Shown piece after piece: positions 43,760-54,388 of a DNA stretch of 64,000 nt. The notes beneath the pieces are model-generated. The model was not told the origin of the DNA and did not search any database. It worked only from the letters and a program-made list of their open reading frames with translations. The stretch comes from an uncultured Actinomycetes bacterium (GTDB lineage Bacteria; Actinomycetota; UBA4738; HRBIN12): contig CAWIFZ010000013.1 in the NCBI GenBank assembly GCA_963835415.1, forward strand, positions 15,467 to 79,466. Direction: 5' to 3'. Each line of letters begins with the position of its first letter. Positions within the stretch are counted from its first letter, which is position 1. The position numbers and the translations under genes are program-made.

Positions 43760-45148
43760 CTAGGGGATCCACACGATCGGTCCGTCCGGCGGAGGGGTGA
43801 CGGCCGGCGCCTGGATACGGACCAGGTCACCGCCGGTCCACGTGAACACCCCCTCCGCCGTCTCGACGATGACCACGTCGTCCAGCGTGATGGTCCCGTA
43901 GGGGATCCCGGACGTGGGGCCGACGTACCGCGGGGTATCCAGGCCGTCGCCCGCAGCGGTGTCCAACAGGTAGATGCCCCGTGCGAAACCCTGGCTTCCC
44001 ACCACGAGAGCATGGGAGCCGTCCGGCGACCACGCGAGCACCCGAGCGATCGCGAACTGGAACGGACCGTTGCCGTACGACACAGGCCGGCCCTCGCCCA
44101 CTCCTTCGAAGTACAGCCCGGCGCCCAGCAGGTCGGCGTGTTCCTGCTCCGGTCGAGTGGGCAGCGGCCGGAGCGACCCGAACGACGACTGCGGGACGAC
44201 GATCAGGTCCGACAACCCCGAGACGGCGACCATCGCGTAGCCGTCCAGCACCCGATGGATCCGACCGATCCCGGCGAAGAAGATCCCGATGCGATCGTTC
44301 CGATCCAGCGTGAACATCGTGCGAAGGTTGTCGCTGCCGATCGAGAGCAGGTCGCCGCAGAGCGAGGGGTCGTCGTACTTCCGCTCGCGCCTCGGGGGAT
44401 CCACCCGGGCCCAGACGATGGACACCGAGCGCCGGCACCCGACCCCGAGCGCGCCCCGGCGTCCGGCGACCACGGTCCTGCCCTGCGGTCCCCAGCTGAC
44501 GACGTCGCCTTCCAACAATGGCGTCGGCCGGGCGTCGAGGCGGGTGGAGTGAAGGATCGATGCCTGCACGTGCCCGTTGGGCAGCTCGGTCGTGAGGCCG
44601 AGCCACCTCCGGTTGACGGATCGCGCGTCGATCAGCTCGGTCACGCGCCGGACGCGCGGACCGGGGGTCGCCGTCTCCGTTTCCAGGTCGTACCGCCAGA
44701 GCCGTGAGTGGCCCGTTCCGTCGGGGACGGCGTACACGAGCGAGCCGGTGAGCGGCGGCGGCTGCTGCGCCCCCGGCGTCGGAGGTGCCGCGGCTCCCGT
44801 CGGCGCCTCGTGCGCGTCGAGCCACGCGCCGACCGCGACGGCGAGGACGATGACCGCGATGACGGTGGCGAGGAGCGACCTTGAGCGTGTCGTCGTTGGG
44901 TCTGAGGCCTCTTCGTGTGTGGACGGGGGCGGGGGGCTCGACGGGCGGGGCGGGGCCGCGGACGGGGCCACGCTTGCGGTGCTCGCCGCTTCGCGGCTCC
45001 GCTCCTCGGAGTGGCCCCTTACCGCGGCTCCCGCCCCTTCTGACGGAGGCTTCGCGGCTACATAGAGAGGCGCGGCGCAGGTCGGGCACTTCGACGCGTT
45101 CGTCTCGCCTTGCCAGTCGCATCTGAGGCAGGTGCGGCGCTCGGTCAT
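43760..45148 (-). CDS. Hypothetical: Zn-ribbon, Pro/Ser linker, single TM, large extracellular domain
   Basis: CLRC...CPTC N-terminus, TM LLATVIAVIVLAVAVGAW, SWGP/AWSPDG propeller-like motifs; ATGA-coupled to folK. Confidence 0.7.
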   Translation of the reverse strand: MTERRTCLRCDWQGETNASKCPTCAAPLYVAAKPPSEGAGAAVRGHSEERSREAASTASVAPSAAPPRPSSPPPPSTHEEASDPTTTRSRSLLATVIAVIVLAVAVGAWLDAHEAPTGAAAPPTPGAQQPPPLTGSLVYAVPDGTGHSRLWRYDLETETATPGPRVRRVTELIDARSVNRRWLGLTTELPNGHVQASILHSTRLDARPTPLLEGDVVSWGPQGRTVVAGRRGALGVGCRRSVSIVWARVDPPRRERKYDDPSLCGDLLSIGSDNLRTMFTLDRNDRIGIFFAGIGRIHRVLDGYAMVAVSGLSDLIVVPQSSFGSLRPLPTRPEQEHADLLGAGLYFEGVGEGRPVSYGNGPFQFAIARVLAWSPDGSHALVVGSQGFARGIYLLDTAAGDGLDTPRYVGPTSGIPYGTITLDDVVIVETAEGVFTWTGGDLVRIQAPAVTPPPDGPIVWIP

Positions 45149-45636
45149 GACGAGACCGCCATCGGGGGGGCGTAGGGGCGGGCTGCGTGGTCGGACAGGC
45201 GGGCGTCGAGGAGGCGGGTGCCGTCGGGGAGGACCGGGTCGGCGATCAGCTCGAGGAGCGGGAAGAGGACGAACGCTCGTTGGTGCATGCGAGGGTGGGG
45301 GACGGTGAGGCGGTCGTCGGCGATCGTCAAGGCGTCGATCAGCAGGATGTCGATGTCGATGGTGCGAGGGCCCCAGCGGACGTCCCGGACACGCCCGAGC
45401 TCGGATTCGACGCGGTTGACGGCGGCGAGGAGGTCGAGCGGATCGAGGTCGGTGTCGATCTCGACGACGATGTTCAGGAAGTCGGGCTGCTCGGGGCCGC
45501 CGACGGGGTCGGTCTCCCAGACCCGCGACGTGCGTCGCACGACGATGCCGGGATCGGCGGACAGGAGGTCCACGGCCTCTCGGAGCGTGGTGAGCCGGTC
45601 GCCCAGGTTCGCGCCGAGACCCAGGTAGGCCTCCAT
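45145..45636 (-). CDS. folK: HPPK
   Basis: YLGLGANLG, WGPRTIDIDIL, PHPRMHQRAFVL. Confidence 0.96.
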   Translation of the reverse strand: MEAYLGLGANLGDRLTTLREAVDLLSADPGIVVRRTSRVWETDPVGGPEQPDFLNIVVEIDTDLDPLDLLAAVNRVESELGRVRDVRWGPRTIDIDILLIDALTIADDRLTVPHPRMHQRAFVLFPLLELIADPVLPDGTRLLDARLSDHAARPYAPPMAVSS

Positions 45637-45643
45637 CGGCGCG

Positions 45644-45997
45644 TTACCCGCTGGGCGCGGTGGCGGCCGCGGCCACGCCGTCGATCCCCAGGCGGCCGGC
45701 GGCGTTCGGCTTGTGGACCACGGCCGTCACCCGCACCACCCGATCGAGCGCGAGGATCTCATCGGCGATCGCGGCCGCCATCGATTCGATCAGGTCGAAC
45801 GAGCGCTCTTCGACGATCGAGCGGACGGTCTCGGTGATGCCCCGGTAGTCGGCGGTGCCCTCGATGTGGTCGTCGCCGACGTTCACCTCGACGTCCAGGT
45901 CGACGACGAGATCCTGCGGCTCGTCCTTCTCGCCGGGACGCGCGCCGTGGCGGCCGCTCGCGCGGATGCCGGACAGGAACAACCTCGCCGTGGTCAC
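45644..45997 (-). CDS. folB: Dihydroneopterin aldolase
   Basis: GRHG...E...Q, ADY, FDLIE, HKPNA; operon position. Confidence 0.88.
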   Translation of the reverse strand: MTTARLFLSGIRASGRHGARPGEKDEPQDLVVDLDVEVNVGDDHIEGTADYRGITETVRSIVEERSFDLIESMAAAIADEILALDRVVRVTAVVHKPNAAGRLGIDGVAAAATAPSG

Positions 45998-46956
45998 TCG
46001 TCCTCCTCGTCGTCGTCGACGTCGTGCCAGGCATCTTCCTCGACTTCCGCCATGTCGACCCATGGCGGACGGCGTTCGAGCTGGATCGTCACGATGCCCG
46101 ACCCCTCGCCGTGCCCGCCGTGGGGCTCATGCAGGTACCGGGCTCGCAGGTACTCGTAGATCATGGGGCCGATCGTTTCGATCGCGTCCTCCACCAGGAA
46201 GTGCCGGCATCCCGGCAGCAGGCCGAGCGTCGAGGTGGGGATCGTCTCGTTCAGGCGCTCGGCCACGGCCGGCGGGTAGAACTCGTCCTCCTCTCCCCAG
46301 AAGATGAGGACGGGGATCTCGAGCGCGCGCAGATCGTCGTCACGGCCGACCAGTCCCGTGCCGTCCATCGCGCGCGCGAACCGGAAGAACGACGCCACGC
46401 CGTCCGGGCCGGACCACGGCCGCAGATATTCCGCCACCTGATCCTCGGACAGGCGATCGGGATCGGCCATCCCGATGCGGAACGCCGCCCGCATGCCGGA
46501 GTGCACGAAGAGCTCGACCTCCTGATCCGGGGGCGTGCGCTGGATCTCGCGGGTGAGCAGCGTAGGCCACGCGTCGAACGCGGTGCTCGACATCAACACC
46601 ATCGCATCGACCCCCGCGTGGTCGATCGCGAGGAGCTGCGCGACGCCGCCGCCTACCGAGTGGCCGATCACCGCGTACCGCTCGATGTCGAGCGCGCGAA
46701 CCAGCTCGGCGACGTAGCTCGCCTGCGCCACCAGACCGAGCGGCTCGTCCACCGGCCGGTCCGAATCGCCCGAGCCCAGCATGTCGGGAACGATGACGCG
46801 GAACCGCGAGGACAGCAGCGGCCCGAGGTCGCGCCAGACGAACGCGGACTGCGGGAACCCGTGGATCAAGACCACGGGTGGTCCGTCACCGTCGTCGGTG
46901 TAGGCGATCTCGCCGCCGGACGTGTGCACACGGCGCTTCGCGTCGACCGGGCTCAC
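45994..46956 (-). CDS. Alpha/beta-fold hydrolase
   Basis: LIHGFP, PDMLGSG, GHSVGG, WGEED, RHFLVED; acidic tail. Confidence 0.9.
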   Translation of the reverse strand: MSPVDAKRRVHTSGGEIAYTDDGDGPPVVLIHGFPQSAFVWRDLGPLLSSRFRVIVPDMLGSGDSDRPVDEPLGLVAQASYVAELVRALDIERYAVIGHSVGGGVAQLLAIDHAGVDAMVLMSSTAFDAWPTLLTREIQRTPPDQEVELFVHSGMRAAFRIGMADPDRLSEDQVAEYLRPWSGPDGVASFFRFARAMDGTGLVGRDDDLRALEIPVLIFWGEEDEFYPPAVAERLNETIPTSTLGLLPGCRHFLVEDAIETIGPMIYEYLRARYLHEPHGGHGEGSGIVTIQLERRPPWVDMAEVEEDAWHDVDDDEEDE

Positions 46957-46980
46957 GGCACCCGCCTCATGTCCTCGGGC

Positions 46981-47832
46981 TCATCCTGCCGGTCGAGCGA
47001 TCGCGTCGACCACCCGGACGACGCGCGTCATCTCTTTGACGTCGTGCACGCGGACGATGTCGACGCCTTCCGCGGCGCACCACGCCACCACTCCGGCGGT
47101 CCCCTCGATGCGATCGTCGACCTCCGTGTCGGTGAGCGTACCGATGAACCGCTTGCGGCTGGGTCCGACGAGCACCGGGACGCCGAGATGATGGAACGCG
47201 CGGATGTCGTGCAGGATCGCGAGGTTGTGCTCGAGCGTCTTGCCGAATCCGATGCCGGGGTCGATGCACAACCGTTCCAGGTCGATCCCTGCTCCGACGG
47301 CCGCCTCCACGCGGTCGCCCAGGAAGCCACGCACTTCCGCGACGACGTCGTAGTACGACGGGTCGTCCTGCATCGTCTTCGGCTCGCCCTTCATGTGCAT
47401 CAGGACCATGCCCGCGCCTGCCTCGCCGACCACGCCGAACATCGCGGGGTCGGCGCCGGCCGAGACGTCGTTCACGATCGAGGCCCCGCCTTCCAGCGCG
47501 GCGCGCGCCACGGCGGGCTTGCGCGTGTCGATGGACACGGGCACGTCGGGGAGCTCGTCCACGATCCGGCGGATCACCGGGACGACGCGGTGGATCTCTT
47601 CCTCGGGAGCGACGACGTCCGAGCCCGGGCGGGTGGATTCGCCGCCGACGTCCACGAGCTCAGCGCCGTCGGCGACCATCTGGATCGCGTGCTTCACGGC
47701 GTCGTCCACGTTGGCGTACGAACCGCCGTCGGAGAAGGAGTCGGGGGTCACGTTCACGATCCCCATCACCAGGGTGCGCCGACCCAGGGGGACGACGTGC
47801 GGGCCGCAGCGCCAGATGGCCTCCCCAGGCAT
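46981..47832 (-). CDS. folP: Dihydropteroate synthase
   Basis: MGIVNVTPDSFSDGG, GGESTRPG, DPGIGFGK, SRKRF, RVHDV. Confidence 0.97.
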   Translation of the reverse strand: MPGEAIWRCGPHVVPLGRRTLVMGIVNVTPDSFSDGGSYANVDDAVKHAIQMVADGAELVDVGGESTRPGSDVVAPEEEIHRVVPVIRRIVDELPDVPVSIDTRKPAVARAALEGGASIVNDVSAGADPAMFGVVGEAGAGMVLMHMKGEPKTMQDDPSYYDVVAEVRGFLGDRVEAAVGAGIDLERLCIDPGIGFGKTLEHNLAILHDIRAFHHLGVPVLVGPSRKRFIGTLTDTEVDDRIEGTAGVVAWCAAEGVDIVRVHDVKEMTRVVRVVDAIARPAG

Positions 47833-47879
47833 GCAGGCATCGTAGTCCGATTCCGGTATGCGCTCTCCGCGCGTCCGAG

Positions 47880-48458
47880 CTAGCGCATCCCGATATGGCT
47901 CATGGCCTCTTGACGCGTCCGCGCGTCGGTCCGGAACAGGCCACGCACGGCGGACGTCACGGTCACCGAGCCGGGCTTCTTGATGCCGCGCATCGTCATG
48001 CACAGGTGCTCGCACTCGATCACCACGAACACGCCGCGTGGAGACAGCGCCTCGTCCAGCGCCTCGGCGATCTCGGTCGTGAGGCGCTCCTGCACCTGCG
48101 GGCGCTTCGCGAGGAGGTCCACGACGCGCGCGATCTTCGACAGGCCGGTGATCTGCTGCTGCTTGTTCGGGATGTACGCGACGTGCGCCTTCCCGCTGAA
48201 CGGGATCAGGTGGTGCTCGCACATGGAGTAGATCGGGATGTCGCGGACCATGATCATCTCGTCGTGGTCGGCGCCCTCGACGACCGTCACCAGCTGCGAC
48301 GCGTCCTGCCCGATCCCCGCGAACACCTCGCGATACATGCGCGCGACCCGCGCGGGCGTCTCGCGGAGGCCTCCTCGGCCCGGGTCTTCGCCGATCCCTT
48401 CGAGGATCATGCGGACGCCCTGCTCGATCTTCTCGTCGTCGAAGCGGTCCTCGTCCAT
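47880..48458 (-). CDS. folE: GTP cyclohydrolase I
   Basis: [28 protein letters not shown]. Confidence 0.98.
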   Translation of the reverse strand: MDEDRFDDEKIEQGVRMILEGIGEDPGRGGLRETPARVARMYREVFAGIGQDASQLVTVVEGADHDEMIMVRDIPIYSMCEHHLIPFSGKAHVAYIPNKQQQITGLSKIARVVDLLAKRPQVQERLTTEIAEALDEALSPRGVFVVIECEHLCMTMRGIKKPGSVTVTSAVRGLFRTDARTRQEAMSHIGMR

Positions 48459-48470
48459 CGCGGTTCGATG

Positions 48471-49142
48471 CTACCCGTCACCGGACGGGACGAGCCCGTC
48501 GAGGACGTCGGCGAGGCCCTCGATGCTCGTGAGCTCACCGGCGCGCGGCAGATCGCTCACCTCGTCCTGGCGGTTGATCCACACGCACGGCAACCCGAGC
48601 GCGGCGCACGGCTGGACGTCGTGGAAGAGCGACGCCGCCACGTGCACGTGATGCGCGCGGTCGGCCCGGGTCTGCCGGAAGAACGACTCCCAGTGACCGA
48701 ACGCCGGCTTGTACGAACCGATGTCGGACGCCACGACACGGAGATCCACCGGCACCCCGATCGCGGTGAGCGACGCGTCCAGGAAGTCGGGGTCGGTGTT
48801 CGACAGGATGCCGAGCTTCCATCCGCGCGACCGCAGCTCGGTCAGGGAACCGTGGACGTCGGGGAACGGCGGCCACGAGGGCATCGACACCCCGAGCGCG
48901 TCCTCACGTCCCGCCGGGATGACGAGGCCTTCGTCGTCCGCCAACCGCGCGAGGCTCTCAGACATCACCGTCCGGTACGGGATGCCGCGACCGGCCTGCA
49001 CCGCGGGTTCGATCCGGTGGTATCGAGCAGAAAGCGCCTCCGGGTCGGCGTCCGGCCACAGGTCGGCGAGGGTGCCGCGGATACCGCCCAGCCAGTCGAT
49101 GAGGGTTCCGTAGCAATCGAACGTCGCCCACCGGTCAGGCAT
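48471..49142 (-). CDS. HAD family hydrolase (haloacid dehalogenase type II-like)
   Basis: [28 protein letters not shown]. Confidence 0.9.
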   Translation of the reverse strand: MPDRWATFDCYGTLIDWLGGIRGTLADLWPDADPEALSARYHRIEPAVQAGRGIPYRTVMSESLARLADDEGLVIPAGREDALGVSMPSWPPFPDVHGSLTELRSRGWKLGILSNTDPDFLDASLTAIGVPVDLRVVASDIGSYKPAFGHWESFFRQTRADRAHHVHVAASLFHDVQPCAALGLPCVWINRQDEVSDLPRAGELTSIEGLADVLDGLVPSGDG

Positions 49143-51145
49143 GCGCGGATTGTACGGAGCGAACGGTCGGGCGACCGGCGCCGGTCTAGGCCGGGTGCGA
49201 GACCCGGGTCGCCGAGCGTGCCGGGCGTGGTCGGGCGGCGTTCGCGCTTCTTCTGGGCCGCTCGTGTCACGGCGAGTCCGGCGCTGCGTTCCTCCGCCTC
49301 GCGGGGGAGGCGCTTCTCGATGTCGCCGAAGAACTTCTCGACCTCCTCGCGATCGAGCGTCTCCTTCTCGAGCAGCACGATCGCGAGGGCGTCCAGCTTG
49401 TCGCGGTTCTCCGTCAGGATGTCGAGCGCCACGTCGTGGGCCTCGTCGATGAGCTGACGCACCTCTTGGTCGATCTCGAACGCGACCGCGTCCGAATAGT
49501 CCGGCGTGGAACCCCAGTCTCGCCCGAGGAACACTTCACCCTGCTTCTGACCGAGCGTCCGGGGACCGATCGTGTCCGACATGCCGTACTCCGTGACCAT
49601 CTGCCGTGCGACCTTGGTCGCCCTCTCGATGTCGTTCTGCGCGCCGGTCGTGACATCGCCCGCCACGATCTCCTCGGCGACCCGCCCGCCCATCAGCATC
49701 GCGAGCTCGTCGCGCAGCTGTTCGCGCGTCATCAGGAACTTGTCCTGCTCGGGGAGCGTGAGCGTGTAGCCCAGGGCTCGTCCGCGCGGGATCACGGTGA
49801 TCTTGTGGACCTCGTCGGTGTTGGGAAGGATGTGCGCGACCATGGCGTGCCCGCCCTCGTGGTAGGCGATCAGCCGGCGCTCCTCCTCGTCCATCACACG
49901 CGACTTCCGCTCGGGTCCTGCCATCACGCGGTCGACGGCTTCTTCGATCTCCTTCATCGAGATCGCGCGCTTGGAACGCCGCGCCGCGAGCAGGGCGGCC
50001 TCGTTGATCACGTTCGCCAGGTCCGCGCCGGTGAACCCGGGGGTCCGGCGCGCGAGCACCGCCAGGTCCACCGTGGCGTCGAACGGCTTGCCGCGCGCGT
50101 GCACCTTCAGGATGGCCTTGCGGCCCTCCAGGTCCGGTCGGTCGATGACCACCTGCCGGTCGAACCGGCCGGGACGGAGCAGCGCGGGATCCAAGATGTC
50201 GGGACGGTTCGTGGCGGCCATGAGGATGACGGTCGACCGCTGGTCGAACCCGTCCATCTCCACGAGCAGCTGGTTCAGCGTTTGCTCGCGCTCGTCATGG
50301 CCCCCGCCCAGGCCGGCGCCGCGGTGACGACCCACGGCGTCGATCTCGTCGATGAACACGATCGCGGGCGCCGCCGACTTCGCTTGCTCGAACAGATCGC
50401 GGACGCGCGCGGCGCCCACGCCGACGAACATCTCCACGAAGTCCGAGCCGCTGATCGAGAAGAACGGGACGCCGGCCTCACCGGCCACGGCCCGCGCCAG
50501 CAGTGTCTTGCCCGTCCCAGGAGGCCCGAACAGGAGGACGCCGCGGGGGATCTTCGCGCCCATCGCCTGGAACTTGGCGGGTGACTGGAGGTACTCCTTG
50601 ACCTCTTCGAGTTCCTCGATCGCCTCGTCCACGCCGGCGACATCGGCGAACGTGGTCTTCGGCTGGTCCTTCGACACGGTCTTGTGGCGGCTGCGCCCGA
50701 ACTGCATGACGCGCCCGCCACCGCCCTGCGAACGGTTCATCACCCAGAGCAGGACGCCGGCGATCAGGACGACCGGCAGGATCACCGTGATGAGCGTGCT
50801 GATCAACGTGTTCGGCAGCTGCGGGTCGGAGTCGTACGGCACACCCGCGTCATCGAGCAGCGTCTCCAGCTCGTCGCCGGACTCCGCGAGGTACTGCACG
50901 CGATACGTGGCCGCGCCGTTCGGCCCGTCGTACTCGCCGGTGATGACCTGATCGCCTTCGAGGAACTTCGCGGACTTGATATCGCCCGCCGCGACCGCTG
51001 TGCGGAACTCCGAGGTCGTGAGCGTGTCGCCCGCCTTCTCGCCACCGAGCATGGAGACGACGATCATGAAGGCCACCGTGATCAGCACGATCCAGAGCGT
51101 GGGCGTGCGAGCGACCTTGCGGAGGGGACTCTCAGGCTGGCTCAG
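48965..51145 (-). CDS. ftsH: ATP-dependent zinc metalloprotease FtsH (probable CTG start; true stop probably ~49186)
   Basis: [19 protein letters not shown]; GAGGAG 6 nt before CTG 51145; the tail overlaps the HAD gene, suggesting an indel. Confidence 0.95.
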   Translation of the reverse strand: MSQPESPLRKVARTPTLWIVLITVAFMIVVSMLGGEKAGDTLTTSEFRTAVAAGDIKSAKFLEGDQVITGEYDGPNGAATYRVQYLAESGDELETLLDDAGVPYDSDPQLPNTLISTLITVILPVVLIAGVLLWVMNRSQGGGGRVMQFGRSRHKTVSKDQPKTTFADVAGVDEAIEELEEVKEYLQSPAKFQAMGAKIPRGVLLFGPPGTGKTLLARAVAGEAGVPFFSISGSDFVEMFVGVGAARVRDLFEQAKSAAPAIVFIDEIDAVGRHRGAGLGGGHDEREQTLNQLLVEMDGFDQRSTVILMAATNRPDILDPALLRPGRFDRQVVIDRPDLEGRKAILKVHARGKPFDATVDLAVLARRTPGFTGADLANVINEAALLAARRSKRAISMKEIEEAVDRVMAGPERKSRVMDEEERRLIAYHEGGHAMVAHILPNTDEVHKITVIPRGRALGYTLTLPEQDKFLMTREQLRDELAMLMGGRVAEEIVAGDVTTGAQNDIERATKVARQMVTEYGMSDTIGPRTLGQKQGEVFLGRDWGSTPDYSDAVAFEIDQEVRQLIDEAHDVALDILTENRDKLDALAIVLLEKETLDREEVEKFFGDIEKRLPREAEERSAGLAVTRAAQKKRERRPTTPGTLGDPGLAPGLDRRRSPDRSLRTIRACLTGGRRSIATEPSSTGWAVSAAPSPTCGRTPTRRRFLLDTTGSNPRCRPVAASRTGR

Positions 51146-51250
51146 CTGGGGCTCCTCGAGGTGGGCGGGGATGGCGCGGGCCCCAGCGCGAGCGCGCGGA
51201 AGCCCGTTGCCGATGGTAGCACCGGCTGCGGCCAGGGGAGTCTGCCCGGG

Positions 51251-51625
51251 TCATCGGATGCCGGAATCAACCTCGAGCGTGACCTGCGTGTACGCCCCGG
51301 CGTCGACCCGCACCGTCTGCGGGATGGGCGTCGGAGGACCGCTCCCGTTCGGAGCGATCGCGGTGACCACGTACGTGCCCTCTCGCAGGTCCATCGCGAA
51401 CCCACCTTGAGCATCCGTCGTCACCGAGGTCGTGGTGCCGTCCGAGGCGGTCGCCATTACGTCACCTCGGAACGGCGACTCGGGGCATGGGCTGTTCACG
51501 GTCTCCACGGGGCATGCGGGACCGAGCGTCACGACGCCGCGGATGCCCGTCCCCGCCGGCGCCTGCTGGTGACATCCCAGGAGGACAAGGGATGCGAACA
51601 GGAGGGAGGCCGTCAGCCGAGTCAT
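51251..51625 (-). CDS. Small lipoprotein, carboxypeptidase-regulatory-like beta sandwich
   Basis: Lipobox LLGC; GPACPVE...PC; TTDAQGGF...GTYVV. Confidence 0.75.
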   Translation of the reverse strand: MTRLTASLLFASLVLLGCHQQAPAGTGIRGVVTLGPACPVETVNSPCPESPFRGDVMATASDGTTTSVTTDAQGGFAMDLREGTYVVTAIAPNGSGPPTPIPQTVRVDAGAYTQVTLEVDSGIR

Positions 51626-51665
51626 CTTCCTCGGACGACGGCGGGTCGGAGAAGGCTGCCCGCGG

Positions 51666-52259
51666 TCAGGCCCCGCCGTAGGCCTCGGGCCGAAGTGTGG
51701 CGATGTAGGGCAGGTTCCGGAACCGCTCCGCATAGTCCAGGCCGTAGCCCACCACGAACTCGTTCGGGATCTCGAACCCCGTGTAGCGGATGTCCAGAGG
51801 GACCCGCTGCAGGTCCACCTTGCGGAGCAGGGCCGCCACCTCCAGGGACGCGGGCTTGCGCGCGCGGAGGTTCTTCAGCAGGTAGTTCAGCGTGAGACCC
51901 GAGTCGATGATGTCCTCCACGAGCAACACGTCGAGGCCCTCCAGGTCGTGGTCCAGGTCCTTGAGGATGCGCACGACGCCGGACGTCTGTGTGGCCGCCC
52001 CGTACGACGAGACCGCCATGAAATCGAACTCGAGCGGGAGGCGGATGTACCGAGCCAGATCCGCCATGACCACGAACGCGCCCTTCAGGACCCCCACGAG
52101 CAAGAGTTTGCGCCCCGCGTAGTCGTTGCCGATCCGCGCTCCGAGCTCGGCGAGCTTCGCCTGGATCTCCTCGCTCGTGATGAGGATGCGATCGATATCG
52201 GGTTCGTAGGCCTCCACGTGACCCGTCAGTGTAGAGAGCGACGCTTGATCGGTGACCAT
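51666..52259 (-). CDS. hpt: Hypoxanthine phosphoribosyltransferase
   Basis: [23 protein letters not shown]. Confidence 0.97.
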   Translation of the reverse strand: MVTDQASLSTLTGHVEAYEPDIDRILITSEEIQAKLAELGARIGNDYAGRKLLLVGVLKGAFVVMADLARYIRLPLEFDFMAVSSYGAATQTSGVVRILKDLDHDLEGLDVLLVEDIIDSGLTLNYLLKNLRARKPASLEVAALLRKVDLQRVPLDIRYTGFEIPNEFVVGYGLDYAERFRNLPYIATLRPEAYGGA

Positions 52260-53290
52260 CACGACTTCCCCTTTCCCGGTCGGGGTGGAGCGGTCTCGCC
52301 GCCGCCCGGGGAAGGACGAGCGAGTCGAACATACTCCTGGTCGCGCCGCGCCTTCAATCCCGAGCTCAGATCCCGTCGTCTTCCGGATCGGCCCGCCGCC
52401 AGATCCAGGACCGCCAGGACGTCCGCCCTGGCGCACGGAACGCCGCATCGGTAGACCGCGTTGGCCACGACGCGGCCGGCGATCGCCCGGGGAAGATCGA
52501 GCAGCCGGGTCGCCAGGAGGTCGACGCCCTCGGGCGTCTCGTCGATCACGTCGTCGAGCACCTCGAACGTCTGTCGCATCAGCTCGTCGGCGTCCTCACG
52601 GAGGCCGGCGGCGGTCCGCACCAGCGGTTCGCGGAGGTTCCGGCCGACGGCGCGCTCGAGCCCGGGGAGTCCGCGGCGCCGGATCGCGTTGCGCAGGAAC
52701 CGGGTGTCGGCGTTCGTCGGATCGGTCCGCGGCCGCAGGTGCAGCGACCGGCAGAACGCGACGATCTCCTCGCGCGTGACGTCGAGCAACGGGTTGACCC
52801 ACGTGCCGGTCACGTGAGCGATGCCGCTCATCCCCTGGATCCCGCTGCCCGTCACCAGGCCCATCAGGACCGTCTCGGCCTGGTCGTCCAGCGTGTGCCC
52901 GATCGCCGTCCGGTCGATCCCCGTCTCGCGCGTGACCTCCGCGATCGCGAAGTGCCGTTGCTCGCGCGCCCACGCCTCGACCGACTCGCCCTTGCGCGGC
53001 GACGACGTCGCCGCGCGCAGATGCAACGGCAGGGAGTGGCGCGCCGAGAGGCGCGCCACGTACGCAGCGTCCCCCGCGGAGTCTTCCCGGAGACGATGAT
53101 CGAAGTGGAAGACCTCGAGGCTGATCCTGAACAGGCGTCGGAGCCGCACGAGCGACTCCACCATGCACACCGAGTCGGGACCGCCGGACACCGCGACCAG
53201 CACCGACTGGCCGGGCAAGAACATCTCGTGCTCGCGTGCCGTCGCCGTCACCCGTTCGAGGACCCGGGCGACGGGCGGCGGTCGGCGCAT
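52259..53290 (-). CDS. tilS: tRNA(Ile)-lysidine synthetase
   Basis: [28 protein letters not shown]. Confidence 0.95.
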   Translation of the reverse strand: MRRPPPVARVLERVTATAREHEMFLPGQSVLVAVSGGPDSVCMVESLVRLRRLFRISLEVFHFDHRLREDSAGDAAYVARLSARHSLPLHLRAATSSPRKGESVEAWAREQRHFAIAEVTRETGIDRTAIGHTLDDQAETVLMGLVTGSGIQGMSGIAHVTGTWVNPLLDVTREEIVAFCRSLHLRPRTDPTNADTRFLRNAIRRRGLPGLERAVGRNLREPLVRTAAGLREDADELMRQTFEVLDDVIDETPEGVDLLATRLLDLPRAIAGRVVANAVYRCGVPCARADVLAVLDLAAGRSGRRRDLSSGLKARRDQEYVRLARPSPGGGETAPPRPGKGKS

Positions 53291-53298
53291 GGCTCCGG

Positions 53299-54372
53299 CT
53301 AGCCGCCCACCCTCGCGAGCCAGAGCTGCGGTTGGCCGATCTCCTCGAGCGTCGGCAGATCGCCCGGGCTCCGCCACACCAGGTTGAACGTCGACATGCC
53401 GGCGCGATCGACGATCGTGCGGACGAAGTGCTCGCCGGTGTCGTACTGGCGGATCTTCTGCTCGAAGCCGATCGCCTTCTGCATGGTCCGCTCCAGGCTG
53501 GATGCCTTGCGCCGGGCGGAGAGCGCGCGGCGCATGCGGTCGACGTCGTTCACGTGATCGCGCGCGACCTCGTTCATCACGTAGGACGCGTGACCTTCGA
53601 GCAGCGACATCAACGCCTGCATCCGCATGAACATCTCGCGCTGCTCGGGCGAGAGCAGCAGGAACACGCCGCCCATACCGCGCCAGTCGCCGCCGGACCG
53701 TGCCTCCGCCGCGGCGCGCTTGAGCTGTTCCATCATCTGTCCCGAATCCAGCTGGATGCTTCCCAGGTACTCGTCCACCTGCCCGGCGAGGTAGCCGCGG
53801 AGCCACGTGGCCGAACCGAACTGCACGCGGTGGGTCACCTCGTGGATCGCGATCCACAACCGGAAGTCCTTGGGGGGGAGGGAGAACCGCCGTTCGACCT
53901 CGACGATGTTCGGCCCGATGAAGTACAGCAGCCCTTCGTCGTCGGGAGGGAGGAACACGTCGTACTGCCCGAGGACCTTCCGCGCGACGTACCCGATCAA
54001 CACGCCGGCCTGCGCGCCGAGCGCCTTCCGCTTGTAGTTCGCGCGCGTGGGACGCCCGTCGAGCATGCGCTCGGCGAGCGGCTCGAGCAGACGCTGCAGC
54101 CCGTTGAGGTTCGCGCGGATCCAATCGGAGCGCGCCATCACCCATGCACGCGAACGGAACCCCTGGACCTCCATGTCGGTGAAGCCGCGGATCAATCCCT
54201 CGGCGCGCGGGACGATCTCGGCCATGTCCTCGCGGAGCCGCGCACGCTCCACGCCGGGAACCGGCACACCCGGGCCGGCGACGCGGCGGCCGATATCGAC
54301 GGCCGACTCCCAGTCGGCCAGACGGGCCGCGTAGGAGCCCATCGACCAGTCGAGGGCGTTGGCGGCGTCCAT
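53299..54372 (-). CDS. Zincin metalloprotease (DUF2342 type)
   Basis: VLGQYD, HEVTH, MSLLEGHA, KIRQY; conserved position upstream of tilS. Confidence 0.88.
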   Translation of the reverse strand: MDAANALDWSMGSYAARLADWESAVDIGRRVAGPGVPVPGVERARLREDMAEIVPRAEGLIRGFTDMEVQGFRSRAWVMARSDWIRANLNGLQRLLEPLAERMLDGRPTRANYKRKALGAQAGVLIGYVARKVLGQYDVFLPPDDEGLLYFIGPNIVEVERRFSLPPKDFRLWIAIHEVTHRVQFGSATWLRGYLAGQVDEYLGSIQLDSGQMMEQLKRAAAEARSGGDWRGMGGVFLLLSPEQREMFMRMQALMSLLEGHASYVMNEVARDHVNDVDRMRRALSARRKASSLERTMQKAIGFEQKIRQYDTGEHFVRTIVDRAGMSTFNLVWRSPGDLPTLEEIGQPQLWLARVGG

Positions 54373-54388
54373 CGGCGGCGAGGGGGGA

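Noticed and set aside
48965-49185. Extended FtsH C-terminus overlapping the HAD gene
   Set aside because: More simply explained by a single indel; a TAG at 49186-49188 lies in the adjacent frame just before the HAD promoter
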